A model generated the notes under the pieces. It ran no database searches, had not been told where the DNA came from, and was given only the letters and a program-made list of their open reading frames with translations. Positions 1-10,420 of a stretch of DNA of 64,000 nucleotides are shown piece by piece. The translations under genes and the position numbers were made by a program. How positions within the stretch are numbered: position 1 is the first letter of the stretch; the number at the start of each line of letters is the position of its first letter. Source of the stretch: an uncultured delta proteobacterium (GTDB lineage: Bacteria; Desulfobacterota; Desulfobacteria; Desulfobacterales; QNYZ01); the NCBI GenBank assembly GCA_963845145.1, contig CAWJQU010000017.1, forward strand, positions 1-64,000, read 5' to 3'.

Positions 1-1
1 C

Positions 2-337
2 TACCTGCTGCTGCGCGGCCACCACGAACCCGGCGGTGGTTTTGCCGCCGCCCTTGTGGCAGGCACCGCCTTTGCCTTGTTTGCCATCACCGAAGGGCCG
101 GACAAGGTCCGTCGCGCCGTTCGCCTAAGGCCCGCAACCATCGCCATGGTCGGTTTGGGCGTCGCCGTGGCAGCTGGATTGCCCGCCGTGTTCAAGTCCC
201 GGCCTTTTCTCACCGGCATCTGGTGGAACGTGAGCACAAAACTGGCCATAGGCACGCCCCTGATCTTCGACATCGGAGTCTTCCTGGCCGTGTTGGGCGC
301 CATTCTGTCCATCCTTCTGGCCCTGGAGGAGGACTGA
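2..337 (+). CDS. mrpB: Mrp Na+/H+ antiporter subunit B (5' end outside window; could be the end of an MrpA/B fusion)
   Basis: Frame from base 2 reads YLLLRGHHEPGGGF...GTPLIFDIGVFLAVLG, the MnhB motifs; directly upstream of mrpC. Confidence 0.9.
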   Translation, partial: YLLLRGHHEPGGGFAAALVAGTAFALFAITEGPDKVRRAVRLRPATIAMVGLGVAVAAGLPAVFKSRPFLTGIWWNVSTKLAIGTPLIFDIGVFLAVLGAILSILLALEED

Positions 338-338
338 C

Positions 339-746
339 ATGGAAACGCTGCTCGCCTACCTTGTCGGCTTCATGTTTGCGGCTGCTATCTATCTGATGCT
401 TTCCGGTGTTCTGGTCAAGTTCGTCTTTGGGTTCGTGCTGATCGGCAATGCCGTCAACCTGCTTATTTTTACGGCAGGACGCCTGACCCATATTCACCCA
501 CCGCTGATTTCCCAAGGACGAACCACATTGACAACCCCTGCATCCAACGCACTGCCCCAGGCCCTGATCTTGACGGCCATCGTCATCGGGTTTGCCATGG
601 TCACCTTTTTGCTGGCGCTACTTTACCGGACCTATTCCCGAACCGGTACCCTTGATGCCGACGAAGCACCATTTTTGGAAGAAATAGTGGAAAACGCCCC
701 CGGCACGGCGTCCGGGTCCAAACCCAATGAAAGCGACCCATCATGA
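339..746 (+). CDS. mrpC: Mrp antiporter subunit C
   Basis: GNAVNLLIF and LPQALILTAIVIGFA motifs; GGAGG RBS. Confidence 0.95.
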   Translation: METLLAYLVGFMFAAAIYLMLSGVLVKFVFGFVLIGNAVNLLIFTAGRLTHIHPPLISQGRTTLTTPASNALPQALILTAIVIGFAMVTFLLALLYRTYSRTGTLDADEAPFLEEIVENAPGTASGSKPNESDPS

Positions 747-2238
747 AAATCCTGCCGGTCTTGCCTATCCTGCTGCCCATGGCCACGGCCGTCCTGTCCG
801 TGCTCTTCAGGGTGGATGAACGTCGCGCGCACGGCATTGCACTCGGCGGAGCCGTCCTGCACCTGATCGCCGGCATCCTGCTCCTGGCGATCGTGTTGGA
901 ACAGGAGGTCCTGGCCCTGTGGGTCGGCAACTGGCCGGCACCGTTCGGCATCTGTCTGGTCGCTGACTACCTGAGCGCCGCTATGGTGGTGATCACCGCC
1001 GTGATCCACACTACCATAACCGTCTACGCCCGCCTGGACATTGATCCTCAACAGGTACGCACAGGTTTTTACCCCTTCATGCAAATTCTAACCGCCGCCG
1101 TCTGCGGTGCGTTTCTTACCGGTGACCTGTTCAACCTGTACGTCTGGTTCGAAGTCATACTGATGGCGTCCTTCGGGCTGCTGGTCATGGGGCACAGACC
1201 CGGCCGACTAACCGGCGCCGTCAAATATGTCACCGTCAACCTCATCTCCACCATTTTCTTCATCACCGCCATCGGGCTGATCTACGGCTTGACCGGCACC
1301 CTGAACATGGCCGACCTGCACACCAAGGTAGCCGGGGTGGAAAACACCGCGCTGATTACCGCAGCAGCAATGCTGCTGATGACCGCCTTCGGTATCAAAG
1401 CGGCCCTGTTCCCCCTGTTCTTCTGGCTGCCGGCCGCCTACCACACCCTTCCGGTGTCCGTGTCGGCGTTCTTTGCCGGTATGTTGAGCAAAGTCGGCGT
1501 CTATGCACTGATCCGCATGTTTACTTTGGTATTCACCACTAACACAGATGTCACCCACACGACCCTGCTGGTCGTTGCAGCCCTGACCATGCTGTTCGGT
1601 GTGGTAGGCGCCGCTTCGCAGATGGAGATGCGCCGTATCCTCTCCTTTCACATCATCAGCCAAGTCGGGTACATGGTGTTGGGTCTGGCCCTGTTCACAC
1701 CTCTTGCCCTGGCCGGTGCCATCGTCTATCTCGTGCACCATATCATCGTCAAAGCCAACCTGTTCCTGGTCAGCGGACTGGTTCGGCAGGCCGGCGGCGC
1801 CTTTAATCTGAAACACGTCGGCGGCCTGTATAAAACACACGGCTTATTAGCCGTCGGTTTTTCATCCCGGCCTTTGCCTTGGCTGGTTTTCCGCCCCTGT
1901 CCGGTTTCTGGGCCAAGCTATTAATCATCAGGGCCAGCTTGGAAAGCCAACAATACACCCTGGCTGTCCTAGCCGCGGTGGTGGGTCTACTGACCGTTTT
2001 TTCGATGACCAAAATATGGTCCGAAGCTTTTTGGAAACAATCACCCACAGAGGATCCAAAAACGCCCGTAAAACATCCGCTTTCAGCATGGATGCTGACC
2101 CCGGTCCTGGCCCTGGGCTTGATCACTATCCTGCTGGGGCTTTTCATGGAGCCGGTGATTAGGTTTGCCATGTTTGCCGCCGGGCAGTTAATGGACCCCC
2201 AACCCTACATCAGCGCAGTACTGGGAGGCGGCCGATGA
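743..2238 (+). CDS. mrpD: Mrp antiporter subunit D, with a 1-base deletion in the T5 run at 1858-1862 (probable sequencing error, otherwise pseudogene)
   Basis: FLTGDLFNLYVWFEV, KAALFPLFFWLP and LSFHIISQVGY in 743..1924; continues in another frame as FIPAFALAGFPPLSGFWAK to 2238. One extra T restores a single ORF. Confidence 0.9.
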
Positions 2239-2711
2239 GTCTTTTCATTCTCAACATTGTCTTTGCAGCCGTATTTACGACCTTGCTGGACAGCGGCAGT
2301 ATCAGCGTTTTCCTGTTCGGGTTCGCCCTGGGTTACATCGCCCTGTGGCTTTCCAAACCCCTGTATCGGGACACTCGTTATTTTGAAAAGTTGCCCAAAA
2401 CCATCAAACTGGCCGGATACTTTCTCAAAGAGCTGGCGGTTTCCAACCTGCGCGTCCTGTGGGATGTCATCACACCCAGGCATATCCACCGCCCCGGCAT
2501 CATCGGCGTACCGCTGGCAGCCCAGACGGACCTGGAGATTTTTGTCGTGGCCAACCTTATTTCACTGACCCCCGGCACCCTGAGCGTGGATCTGTCCGAA
2601 GACCGTAAAACGCTCTACGTCCACATCATGTTTCTTGACAATGTGGAAACCGCCCGGGCGGACATCAAAAACGGCCTGGAAAGGCGCGTCCTGGAGGTTA
2701 TGCGGACATGA
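2235..2711 (+). CDS. mrpE: Mrp antiporter subunit E
   Basis: ANLISLTPGTLSVD and LYVH motifs; ATGA overlap with mrpD. Confidence 0.95.
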   Translation: MSLFILNIVFAAVFTTLLDSGSISVFLFGFALGYIALWLSKPLYRDTRYFEKLPKTIKLAGYFLKELAVSNLRVLWDVITPRHIHRPGIIGVPLAAQTDLEIFVVANLISLTPGTLSVDLSEDRKTLYVHIMFLDNVETARADIKNGLERRVLEVMRT

Positions 2712-3028
2712 TACCCGGCGACAGCTTCCTTCATTTTGCCGGTCAAACAGCCACGGCCTTGCTCCTGGTTGCTATGGCCTTGGTACTGTGGCGCCTGGCC
2801 AAAGGCCCCACAGCCGCCGACCGCGTCATCGCCTTGGACTTGCTGTCCGTGCTGGTGGTGGCTTTTCTGGTTGCCGTGTCCATTCTGGCCCGGGAAACCA
2901 GCTATCTTGACGTGGCCATCGCCTACACCTGCATCGCTTTTTTAGGGACCATCGCCCTGGCACGCTTAATTCTGCGGACTTCGCGTAGACAATCCGTCCG
3001 AAACAAAGGAGAATCATCCGATGACTGA
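2708..3028 (+). CDS. mrpF: Mrp antiporter subunit F
   Basis: RLAKGPTAADRVIALD motif; operon position. Confidence 0.95.
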   Translation: MIPGDSFLHFAGQTATALLLVAMALVLWRLAKGPTAADRVIALDLLSVLVVAFLVAVSILARETSYLDVAIAYTCIAFLGTIALARLILRTSRRQSVRNKGESSDD

Positions 3029-3344
3029 CTATTTGACAGGCGCGCTCATGTTGATCGGCAGCATCTTCTGCTTGGTGGCCGCACTGGGTATCGTCCGTCT
3101 GCCCGACGCCCTTACACGCATGCACGCCGCCACCAAAGCCGGCACCCTTGGCACCGGCCTGCTGCTCATAGCCGAAGCTTTTTTTTACCGGCAGGTGGGC
3201 GTCTCCCTGCGGGCAGCCACCATCATTGCACTGGTTCTGCTTACTGCCCCGGTGGCTGCCCACCTCATCGGCCGCGCCTCATACCGAAGCGGCGTGGCCC
3301 TGTCCGACCGCACCTGGATAGACGAACTTAAAAACCATAAATAA
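3021..3344 (+). CDS. mrpG: Mrp antiporter subunit G
   Basis: RLPDALTRMHAATKAGTLG and LTAPVAAH motifs. Confidence 0.95.
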   Translation: MTDYLTGALMLIGSIFCLVAALGIVRLPDALTRMHAATKAGTLGTGLLLIAEAFFYRQVGVSLRAATIIALVLLTAPVAAHLIGRASYRSGVALSDRTWIDELKNHK

Positions 3345-3584
3345 TAAGGGATGAATGCGGGCAGAAGCTTGCTGAAATCTTATAGTCGTTACACTTATGT
3401 AAATAGTGATGGTTCGCCGAGAGTACCTAAAAAAGCTTTTCTTGATATGATGAGCACAACGTTCGATCGAAATGTGTTGAAAGTGCATGTATGGGACAGA
3501 CGAATAGATTTTTTGACAGAACTCGAGGTGATGTGGCCCGGATGTTAGGAATGTCCCTGAAGGGTTTTGAAGGAGGCAAATGAA

Positions 3585-4565
3585 ATGAAAAGATTTAAAA
3601 ATATTCTTTACGTGGTGGAAACCGGGGACGCATGCAAACCTGCCCTGGAACGTGCAGTCACACTGGCAGAGAATAACCAAGCCAGCCTGACGGTCATCGA
3701 CATGGTCGAGCATATCGCTGCCAGGATCGGGATGCCGGAGGGTGGCCCGATTTTCACCGATTTGCAGACCGCAATGATGAGCGCCCATGCGCAGGGTCTG
3801 AAAACCTTGGTCGATCCTTACCGCAAACGGATCGAGATCCAAACCAAAGTGCTGAGGGGCACGTCTTTTCTGGAAATCATTCGCGAAGTACTGCGCAACG
3901 GGCGTGACCTGGTCATCAAGAACCCAGAAACCCGGGATTGGCTGGACCGGATTTTCAGCAGTGCTGATATGCACCTGTTGCGCAAGTGTCCCTGTCCGGT
4001 TTGGCTCATCAAGGATAAGAAGCTGAAATCCAACCGGCGTATCCTGGCCGCGGTAGATGTAAACGATGTATCTCCGCCGGGGGCACTGAAATCACAACAT
4101 GCGCTTAACCGGCAAATTCTTGAGCTGGCCAGCTCCTTGGCGCTATCCGATTTTGCCGAGCTACACATCGTGCATGCATGGTATGCGACCGGCGAGAGCA
4201 CCATGCGCGGCGCGTTTATGCGTACACCAAAAGAGAAGATTAATGCCTACGTCGAACAGGTGAAGCGGCAGCACGCGGCCAATTTGGCTGCGCTCATAGG
4301 TGAGGTGACTGACAGACTGGGGCAGGAAACCGTGGATTATCTCAAACCCCGAACGCATCTCGTGAAGGGGTGGGCACGCAAAGAGATTCCAGCGCTGACC
4401 AATCGGATCGAAGCCGATCTTGTCGTCATGGGTACTGTGGGCCGCACCGGTGTTCCCGGTTTCATTATGGGCAATACAGCGGAAACAATTTTAAACCAAA
4501 TCAACTGCTCCATACTCGCGATCAAGCCGTCTGACTTCGTAACGCCGGTCACGTTGGAGGATTGA
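3585..4565 (+). CDS. Tandem-domain universal stress protein (UspE-like)
   Basis: MKRFKNIL start after AGGAGG; DMHLLRKCPCPVWLIK and VMGTVGRTGVPGFIMGNTAE; two Usp domains. Confidence 0.9.
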   Translation: MKRFKNILYVVETGDACKPALERAVTLAENNQASLTVIDMVEHIAARIGMPEGGPIFTDLQTAMMSAHAQGLKTLVDPYRKRIEIQTKVLRGTSFLEIIREVLRNGRDLVIKNPETRDWLDRIFSSADMHLLRKCPCPVWLIKDKKLKSNRRILAAVDVNDVSPPGALKSQHALNRQILELASSLALSDFAELHIVHAWYATGESTMRGAFMRTPKEKINAYVEQVKRQHAANLAALIGEVTDRLGQETVDYLKPRTHLVKGWARKEIPALTNRIEADLVVMGTVGRTGVPGFIMGNTAETILNQINCSILAIKPSDFVTPVTLED

Positions 4566-4662
4566 ACACGCATGCAGATCCTTCACAATGTTTCAAATGA
4601 CGATCCCAAAAAAGGAATCGGCGGTTCGTCAGCAATCCAACAGACGGGAAAATAAAGCAAGC

Positions 4663-7023
4663 ATGTCACCTGAAATCATAACGGTAATGGCTATCTTGGT
4701 CGCGGTCATCATCCTTCTGGTCACCGAATGGGCGCCTCTGGAGGTATTGGCCATGCTGGTCATGGGGGTCCTGGCGGTCACCGACATCGTCAGCCCCAAA
4801 GAGGCCCTGGCCGGGTTCAGCAACCCGGCGGTGGTGACCATCTGGGCAGTCTTCATCCTCAGCGGCGGACTGACGCGCACCGGCATCGCCAATATCCTCG
4901 GCCGACAGCTGCTTAAAGTCGCCGGCCGCCGAGAATCGATGCTGGTGGTGATCATCATGGTCATCGCCGGAGCGCTGTCGGCGTTCATGAACAATGTGGC
5001 CGTGGCCGCACTCATGCTGCCCGTGGTCATGGACATTGCCCGCAAAACCGACCAATCACCGTCCACCCTGCTGATGCCCCTGGCCTATGGATCGCTGCTG
5101 GGCGGGCTGACTACCATGATCGGCACTCCGCCCAATATCCTGGTCACTGAAGCACTGCGGGAAAACGGCTTGGAGCCATTTAAGCTCTTTGACTTCTCAC
5201 CCGTGGGCCTGATTGTCATGACCTGCGGTGTTGCCTTTGTTACACTGGTCGGCACGCGCCTGTTGCCCAAACGAAACCTGGCCAAAGAAACTGCCGGTCA
5301 CCGCCCGGATTTTCGTTCACAGTACCGGCTGCAGGAACATCTGTTTCAGATCAGAGTCCCTGACAGCTCTGCCCTGGTGGGCAAAACCCTGGCCGGCAGC
5401 CGCCTGGGTGCCGCGCTGGGGCTCACGGTAGTCGGCATTACACGCAGCAGTATAACGCTGCTTGCCCCCCCCACCAGCGAGATAATTCAAGCTGACGATC
5501 TGCTGATCGTCGAGGGCAAGCTTGACCAGATTCAGGAGATGAACCACTGGGGTCAGCTGCTCACCGAGACCGATGACATCAGCCCGAACGCCCTGACCGC
5601 TCATGGCATGCAGGTGGCCTGGATGGATCTAAAGCCCGGCAGTGCCTATGAGAACCAGACCTTGTCGGACATCGGGTTTCGCAACCGCTTCGGCCTCAAT
5701 GTGCTGGCCATCAAGCGTGGCGGACGTCACCTATATACGGATCTGAAAAGTCGGCCGCTCAACGCTGGAGACCAGCTCGTGGTACACGGCCCATCGGATA
5801 AGATGGCCGAACTGGCTGACGATTCTCATTTTCAACCGCCTGAAGTGCTTACTGCCGAAGACATGGATAAATATGCCAAGCTGGGCCACGACCTTCGCGA
5901 GCTGTGTGTTCCCGACGCCTCGAAGTTGGTCGGGTTGACCCTAAGCGAAAGCCGTCTGGGAGATGCCGTGGATGTTCAAATCCTGTGCATTGTACGAGCA
6001 GACGGCAAGGCCCTGATTCCTGCCTCGGACGACCGCTTCGTGGCCGGGGACCGCCTGGTGGTCTGGGGCACGACAGACATGATCTCCATCTTGCTCATGC
6101 AGGGCCTTGAAGGCATGTTCATCGAAGCCGAGGCGCAGCAAACGGACCTGTCCATGCTGGAAGACGACCAGGTGGGCCTGGTTGAGGTGATGCTCTCCCC
6201 CCACAGCGTGCTTTCCGGCATGACCCTGCGCGGGATGAATTTTCGGGAGAAATATGGGCTGACCGTGCTGGCCATCTGGCGCAAGGGCACCGCCTACCGG
6301 GAAGATCTGCGCGACATGGCCCTACAGTTCGGTGATGCCCTGTTGTTGTATGGCCCATGGGACAAACTGAATCTGCTGGGCCGCGAACCAGATTTTCTGG
6401 TGCTCACCGAGACGGCCCAGGAAGCCCCCCGGGAAGAGAAAGCCAAGGTGGCCCTGACGATAATGGCCGCTGTGCTGATCCCGGTGATCATGGACTGGGT
6501 GCCCATCTACATTGCTGTGGTCATCGGCGCGGCCTTCATGGTGCTCACCCGCTGTCTGACTATGGAGGAAGCCTATCGCTACATCGAATGGAAAGCCGTT
6601 TTTCTGATTGCCGGCATGCTGCCTTTAGGCACCGCCCTGGACAACACCGGCGCCGCGCGGATCCTGGCCGAGATAGTGGTGGGGACCCTGGGCCCCTTCG
6701 GGCCGTATGCGGTGCTGTTCGGGCTGCTGGCCATCACCTTCATCGCCACCAGCATCATCCCCACGGCGGCCCTGGTGGTCCTGATGGTGCCCATCGCCCT
6801 GAAAACTGCGGCCAGCCTGGGAATTTCTCCCTATGCCCTGATGATGGGCATTGCCATGGCCGCTTCATCTAGTTTCACCTCTCCCATCTCCCATCCGGCC
6901 AACGTGATGGTGATGGGTCCCGGTGGGTACCGGTTCATCGACTACATCAAGGTCGGCGTGCCTTTGAGCCTGGTGGTGCTGATGGTGTTGATGATTGTGT
7001 TGCCCATCTTTTGGCCGCTTTAA
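4663..7023 (+). CDS. SLC13/CitMHS-type anion transporter with about four TrkA-C (RCK-C) domains
   Basis: SAFMNN, LGGLTTMIGTPPN and SFTSPISHPANVMV; central repeated units of the type SxLxGxTL...LxV..I.R...GDxLvv. Confidence 0.85.
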   Translation: MSPEIITVMAILVAVIILLVTEWAPLEVLAMLVMGVLAVTDIVSPKEALAGFSNPAVVTIWAVFILSGGLTRTGIANILGRQLLKVAGRRESMLVVIIMVIAGALSAFMNNVAVAALMLPVVMDIARKTDQSPSTLLMPLAYGSLLGGLTTMIGTPPNILVTEALRENGLEPFKLFDFSPVGLIVMTCGVAFVTLVGTRLLPKRNLAKETAGHRPDFRSQYRLQEHLFQIRVPDSSALVGKTLAGSRLGAALGLTVVGITRSSITLLAPPTSEIIQADDLLIVEGKLDQIQEMNHWGQLLTETDDISPNALTAHGMQVAWMDLKPGSAYENQTLSDIGFRNRFGLNVLAIKRGGRHLYTDLKSRPLNAGDQLVVHGPSDKMAELADDSHFQPPEVLTAEDMDKYAKLGHDLRELCVPDASKLVGLTLSESRLGDAVDVQILCIVRADGKALIPASDDRFVAGDRLVVWGTTDMISILLMQGLEGMFIEAEAQQTDLSMLEDDQVGLVEVMLSPHSVLSGMTLRGMNFREKYGLTVLAIWRKGTAYREDLRDMALQFGDALLLYGPWDKLNLLGREPDFLVLTETAQEAPREEKAKVALTIMAAVLIPVIMDWVPIYIAVVIGAAFMVLTRCLTMEEAYRYIEWKAVFLIAGMLPLGTALDNTGAARILAEIVVGTLGPFGPYAVLFGLLAITFIATSIIPTAALVVLMVPIALKTAASLGISPYALMMGIAMAASSSFTSPISHPANVMVMGPGGYRFIDYIKVGVPLSLVVLMVLMIVLPIFWPL

Positions 7024-7400
7024 TCGGCAGACAGGGGACTGAGGCCCGGCAGCATAACAAATAGGGGGATTGGGGCTTAGCAAAACTCACCTTATTACCA
7101 GTGCGTGGAAGATCATCTTAAGATGCTCGAAAAGGTCGATGAGGATTGATACGACTTCTTTCGCCCTTAAATCAAACGGGTCATTTACCAAAGTGAAAAA
7201 ACCAGAGGAGATTATGGAATCATTGGCTGATGCCCAACGCTGCAAAATTTCACACCGCCTTCCGACGTATGTAGCTCGTATTTAATCAACGGGGAAAATA
7301 GAATCGAACGCATAGCTCCCCCGGTTTTTTTCGCTCTCCGAGAAGGAGTACTGCGATGCAATAAAAGACTTTCCGATTTATTGCGTGTTCCCGAGACACC

Positions 7401-7604
7401 GATCCGGTACATTTCGGCGTGGTATTAGTCTTCAATACGACGATCGGAACCATTACCCCGCCAGTCGGAACAGTACTTTATACAACATGTTCGATTGAAG
7501 AGTTTACGGTCGAATTCATTCCCTTTCTTATAGCACTTTTCAGCGTACTGTTGCTGCTGACTTTTGTCCCTCCTTGGAGACGTTTTTACGCTAATTATTT
7601 CTGA
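7401..7604 (+). pseudogene. C-terminal remnant of a TRAP transporter large permease (DctM)
   Basis: DPVHFGVVLVFNTTIGTITPPVG...PFLIAL..VLLLLTFVP is the DctM C-terminal signature; no upstream part of the gene. Confidence 0.8.
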
Positions 7605-7852
7605 GATAGCCAGCCAGAAAGTGAAAATACCATCCTCCGGAAAACCTATAATAAGCCAGATCCACTATTCCAAATTGAATAAAAATCGGGGGAAGGGTTA
7701 CGTGGTGATATGTTCATTCGAGCGGATCGTCCTAGACCTTTGATACCAAATTAGAGTTTTATCGATCGTCCCGCAACAGGACTATGGGCGGGTATCGGTT
7801 TTTCTGTTTAATTGCGAGAGGCATTTAAGAGAAATTTTAACGGTCGGGATGA

Positions 7853-7881
7853 TTGATAAAACAATGATGTACGAAGGCCGC
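7853..7881 (+). repeat. Left terminal inverted repeat of the recombinase/IS91-like element
   Basis: TTGATAAAacaatgaTGTACGAAGgCCGC matches the reverse complement of the right end (10410-10420 joined to 12277-12292): TTAATAAAtttgggTGTACGAAGCCGC. Confidence 0.8.
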
Positions 7882-8126
7882 CGTGAGGAGATATTGGCAC
7901 GCTATTTTTATATGGGTATTGTAATCGCGATGCTTTTGATTATTCGGTTGCGAGTTGGCGCTTTGAGGGCTGGATAAAAGGCCGATTGGGTTATTATTCA
8001 TGTGATTATACGTCATAAAGCGATCATTTCGAGTTTATTTTTCGCCACTTTAAAGCACTTCAGTTGAGTCCGGACGCAATTCACCTGCGGTTTTCTACCA
8101 GAAGATTCAAATACCCAGTAATCCGG

Positions 8127-9299
8127 TTAAGCAGCCGCTAAAGCGATGGGATTGGGCGGTCGTGCCAAAGGTATTTCCAGATACAGTTGCATCCGGCCTT
8201 TATGGCAGCAGGGACAGACGGTAATATCGATGCCTGTGAGCGCTCGCATCATCTCTTCAACTGACGTGGTTTGTTTCTCGGGCAACTCGGATAAGCCCAT
8301 CCGTTGGCGGATGTTATTCAGGTTTGCCGATCGGTTGCGATTAGCTAAGAACCCGTAATGCCGGATTCTGACAAAACCTCTGGGCAGGCTGTGAAGTAAA
8401 AACCGGCGGATGAACTCGACGGCGGTGATCGTTATCTGTTCGGTCCGATTGTCCTTTCGGTTTTTAATCCTGAAGGTCACATTTCGGTCTTTAAACGCTG
8501 TGATACGGCTGTTGGCAATTGCCACCCGGTGGGTATAGCGTGCCAGATATTCCAGGACATGTTCCGGTTTTTTAACGGGATCACGCACATCGACAATCCA
8601 TTTTTTTTCGTACAGCCTGGCCTTCAACGGTTTGTATTGATAACTGGCAAACTTTAGATTCCCGCCTTGGCAGGCCCGGCTCATACGGTCCATAAACTTG
8701 CCCCGAAAAACTTTAGCCAACGCCTGCTGGTTAAAAAGATAATTACCCTTGCAGGGCGTCCAGCAGGTACCGTCTTTGGATATAGCTCCACCGGCCACCA
8801 GACAATGGAGATGAAAGTGGGCGTTGAGCTTTTGATCCCAGGTGTGCAAAGTGGCCACAAAACCCAATTTACCGCCCAGTGTATTTTCACCGAAGGCCAA
8901 CAATGTTTGAGCGGCGGCCTTAAAAAGGGCATTAAGCATCACACATTTATTAGATAAGATTAAGTAGTTGAGCTCATGCGGCACGGTAAAGACGACGTGG
9001 AAGTAACTCGTGGGCAAGATCTCGTCTTTACGTTTTTCAAGCCATCTTTCCCGCGGCATGTGCTGACATCTGGGGCAATGGCGATTGCGACAGGAGTGAT
9101 AGGTGATGCGCATCATGCCGCAGCGGTCGCAGCGATCAATATGACCGCCCATACGAGCGGTGCGGCAGTTTAGCAGGTCAGTTACGATTTTACGATGCTC
9201 CGGCCACAATGGATAATGATTTTGGTAATCGCCAATATGTTTCTTAAGAATATCGGCGACCTCCCGTCGGTTTTTTTCAGGTGCTGTGATTTTGTCCAT
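8127..9299 (-). CDS. IS91-family rolling-circle (Y2) transposase with zinc-binding domain
   Basis: CDRC...[11 protein letters not shown] zinc motif, [11 protein letters not shown]...HFHLH (HUH), YLARY (Y2), [15 protein letters not shown] intact. Confidence 0.95.
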   Translation of the reverse strand: MDKITAPEKNRREVADILKKHIGDYQNHYPLWPEHRKIVTDLLNCRTARMGGHIDRCDRCGMMRITYHSCRNRHCPRCQHMPRERWLEKRKDEILPTSYFHVVFTVPHELNYLILSNKCVMLNALFKAAAQTLLAFGENTLGGKLGFVATLHTWDQKLNAHFHLHCLVAGGAISKDGTCWTPCKGNYLFNQQALAKVFRGKFMDRMSRACQGGNLKFASYQYKPLKARLYEKKWIVDVRDPVKKPEHVLEYLARYTHRVAIANSRITAFKDRNVTFRIKNRKDNRTEQITITAVEFIRRFLLHSLPRGFVRIRHYGFLANRNRSANLNNIRQRMGLSELPEKQTTSVEEMMRALTGIDITVCPCCHKGRMQLYLEIPLARPPNPIALAAA

Positions 9300-10187
9300 C
9301 GATACCGTCCTTTCTATTAGCCGGTTGCATGTCAATAAGATCCAAGGGACTGGGGATTTTTGACAGCGTTTCACGGCTGACATGCAAGTAGATCATGGTG
9401 GTGGTCAATCTCGAATGGCCCATCAGCACTTGTATTTTTCTGATATCGTATCCAGCCTCCAGAAGATGAGTGGCCCTCCAAAGGCGGGTAAACTACGCTG
9501 TGACGTAACGTGTGAAGCCCTTTGCCGTTTTTAATTCCGGCTTTTTTGCGGGCCTTATCGTAGGTTCCACGCACCGTTTCGTATGCTAACGGTTTGATTT
9601 TTTTGTGCCTGGATGGGAACAGGTAGGTTTTCGGGCGACATTTTTTATAATAGAAGCGCAACTCATCGAGAAGCTTCGCTGACAGCATGGTATAGCGATC
9701 CTTGCGACCTTTACCGTCGACTACTTTGATCAACATCCGATTGCTGTCGATATGTTCGTGCTTTAACCTGATTACCTCGCCGGCTCTTAGGCCTGCGGCA
9801 TAGGTGGTCATCAGGATCATTCGGTGTTTCAGATTTGACGGCGCACAGATGATTTTCTCCGCCGGAGGCGGACTGCTTTGTAAGGACGGTGGGAAGCCTG
9901 CGGGGTTTTTTGGTCAGCCTGAAGCTAACGGATATGGGCCTGTCCAGGACATGGGCATAGAAAAAACGGATACCGGATAGAGCCGTACCACAGGTGTTGG
10001 GCGCATTACCCTTTTGGTTTTTCAAATAGAGCAGAAAATCTTCGACCATCGTTTCGGTGATCTTTTCCGGGGATTGCCGGTAATGTTTGGCCAGTCTTTT
10101 GACGGCGGCCAGGTAGGCCCGCTGGGTATGGGGGGAAAGGTTCTTCAGATCCATTACCCTGATCATTTTTTGACGCAGTTCGGTCAT
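9277..10187 (-). pseudogene. Tyrosine recombinase (SAM-like N-terminus + catalytic domain) disrupted by two short hairpin insertions
   Basis: Three frames join as MTELRQKM...RLPTVLTKQ / EKIICAPSNLKHRMILMTTYAAGLR...GKGRKDR...HTLRHS / [42 protein letters not shown]. Confidence 0.92.
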
Positions 10188-10420
10188 CGCATACCTCCTT
10201 GGTTTGGGGTTAATAACAACACGGAGGTATTTTAGACGATCAGGGTAAAACTGAAATGTTGGTATGTTTGTTTATTAGCGGTGGGATTCTCTTGGATTTA
10301 TATAAATGGCAGAGGGAAACGATTCCTTATTTATAAACCATCTTGCGCGGCTCAGCTGATCGGAGGGTGTATGATGATGTAAATCGATTTAGCGAAAAAC
10401 TGCCGCGCAGCGGCTTCGTA

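Noticed and set aside
3351..3548. 65-aa ORF between mrpG and uspE
   Set aside because: No recognisable motif or RBS; probably promoter DNA.
7070..7412. Short ORFs after the SLC13 gene
   Set aside because: No recognisable family or start signals; may be debris.
9277..10187. Recombinase as the integron integrase (IntI) for the cassette
   Set aside because: It lacks the IntI-specific insertion before the LFPS segment, lies downstream of the cassette, and is coupled to the IS91-like gene inside its own inverted repeats.
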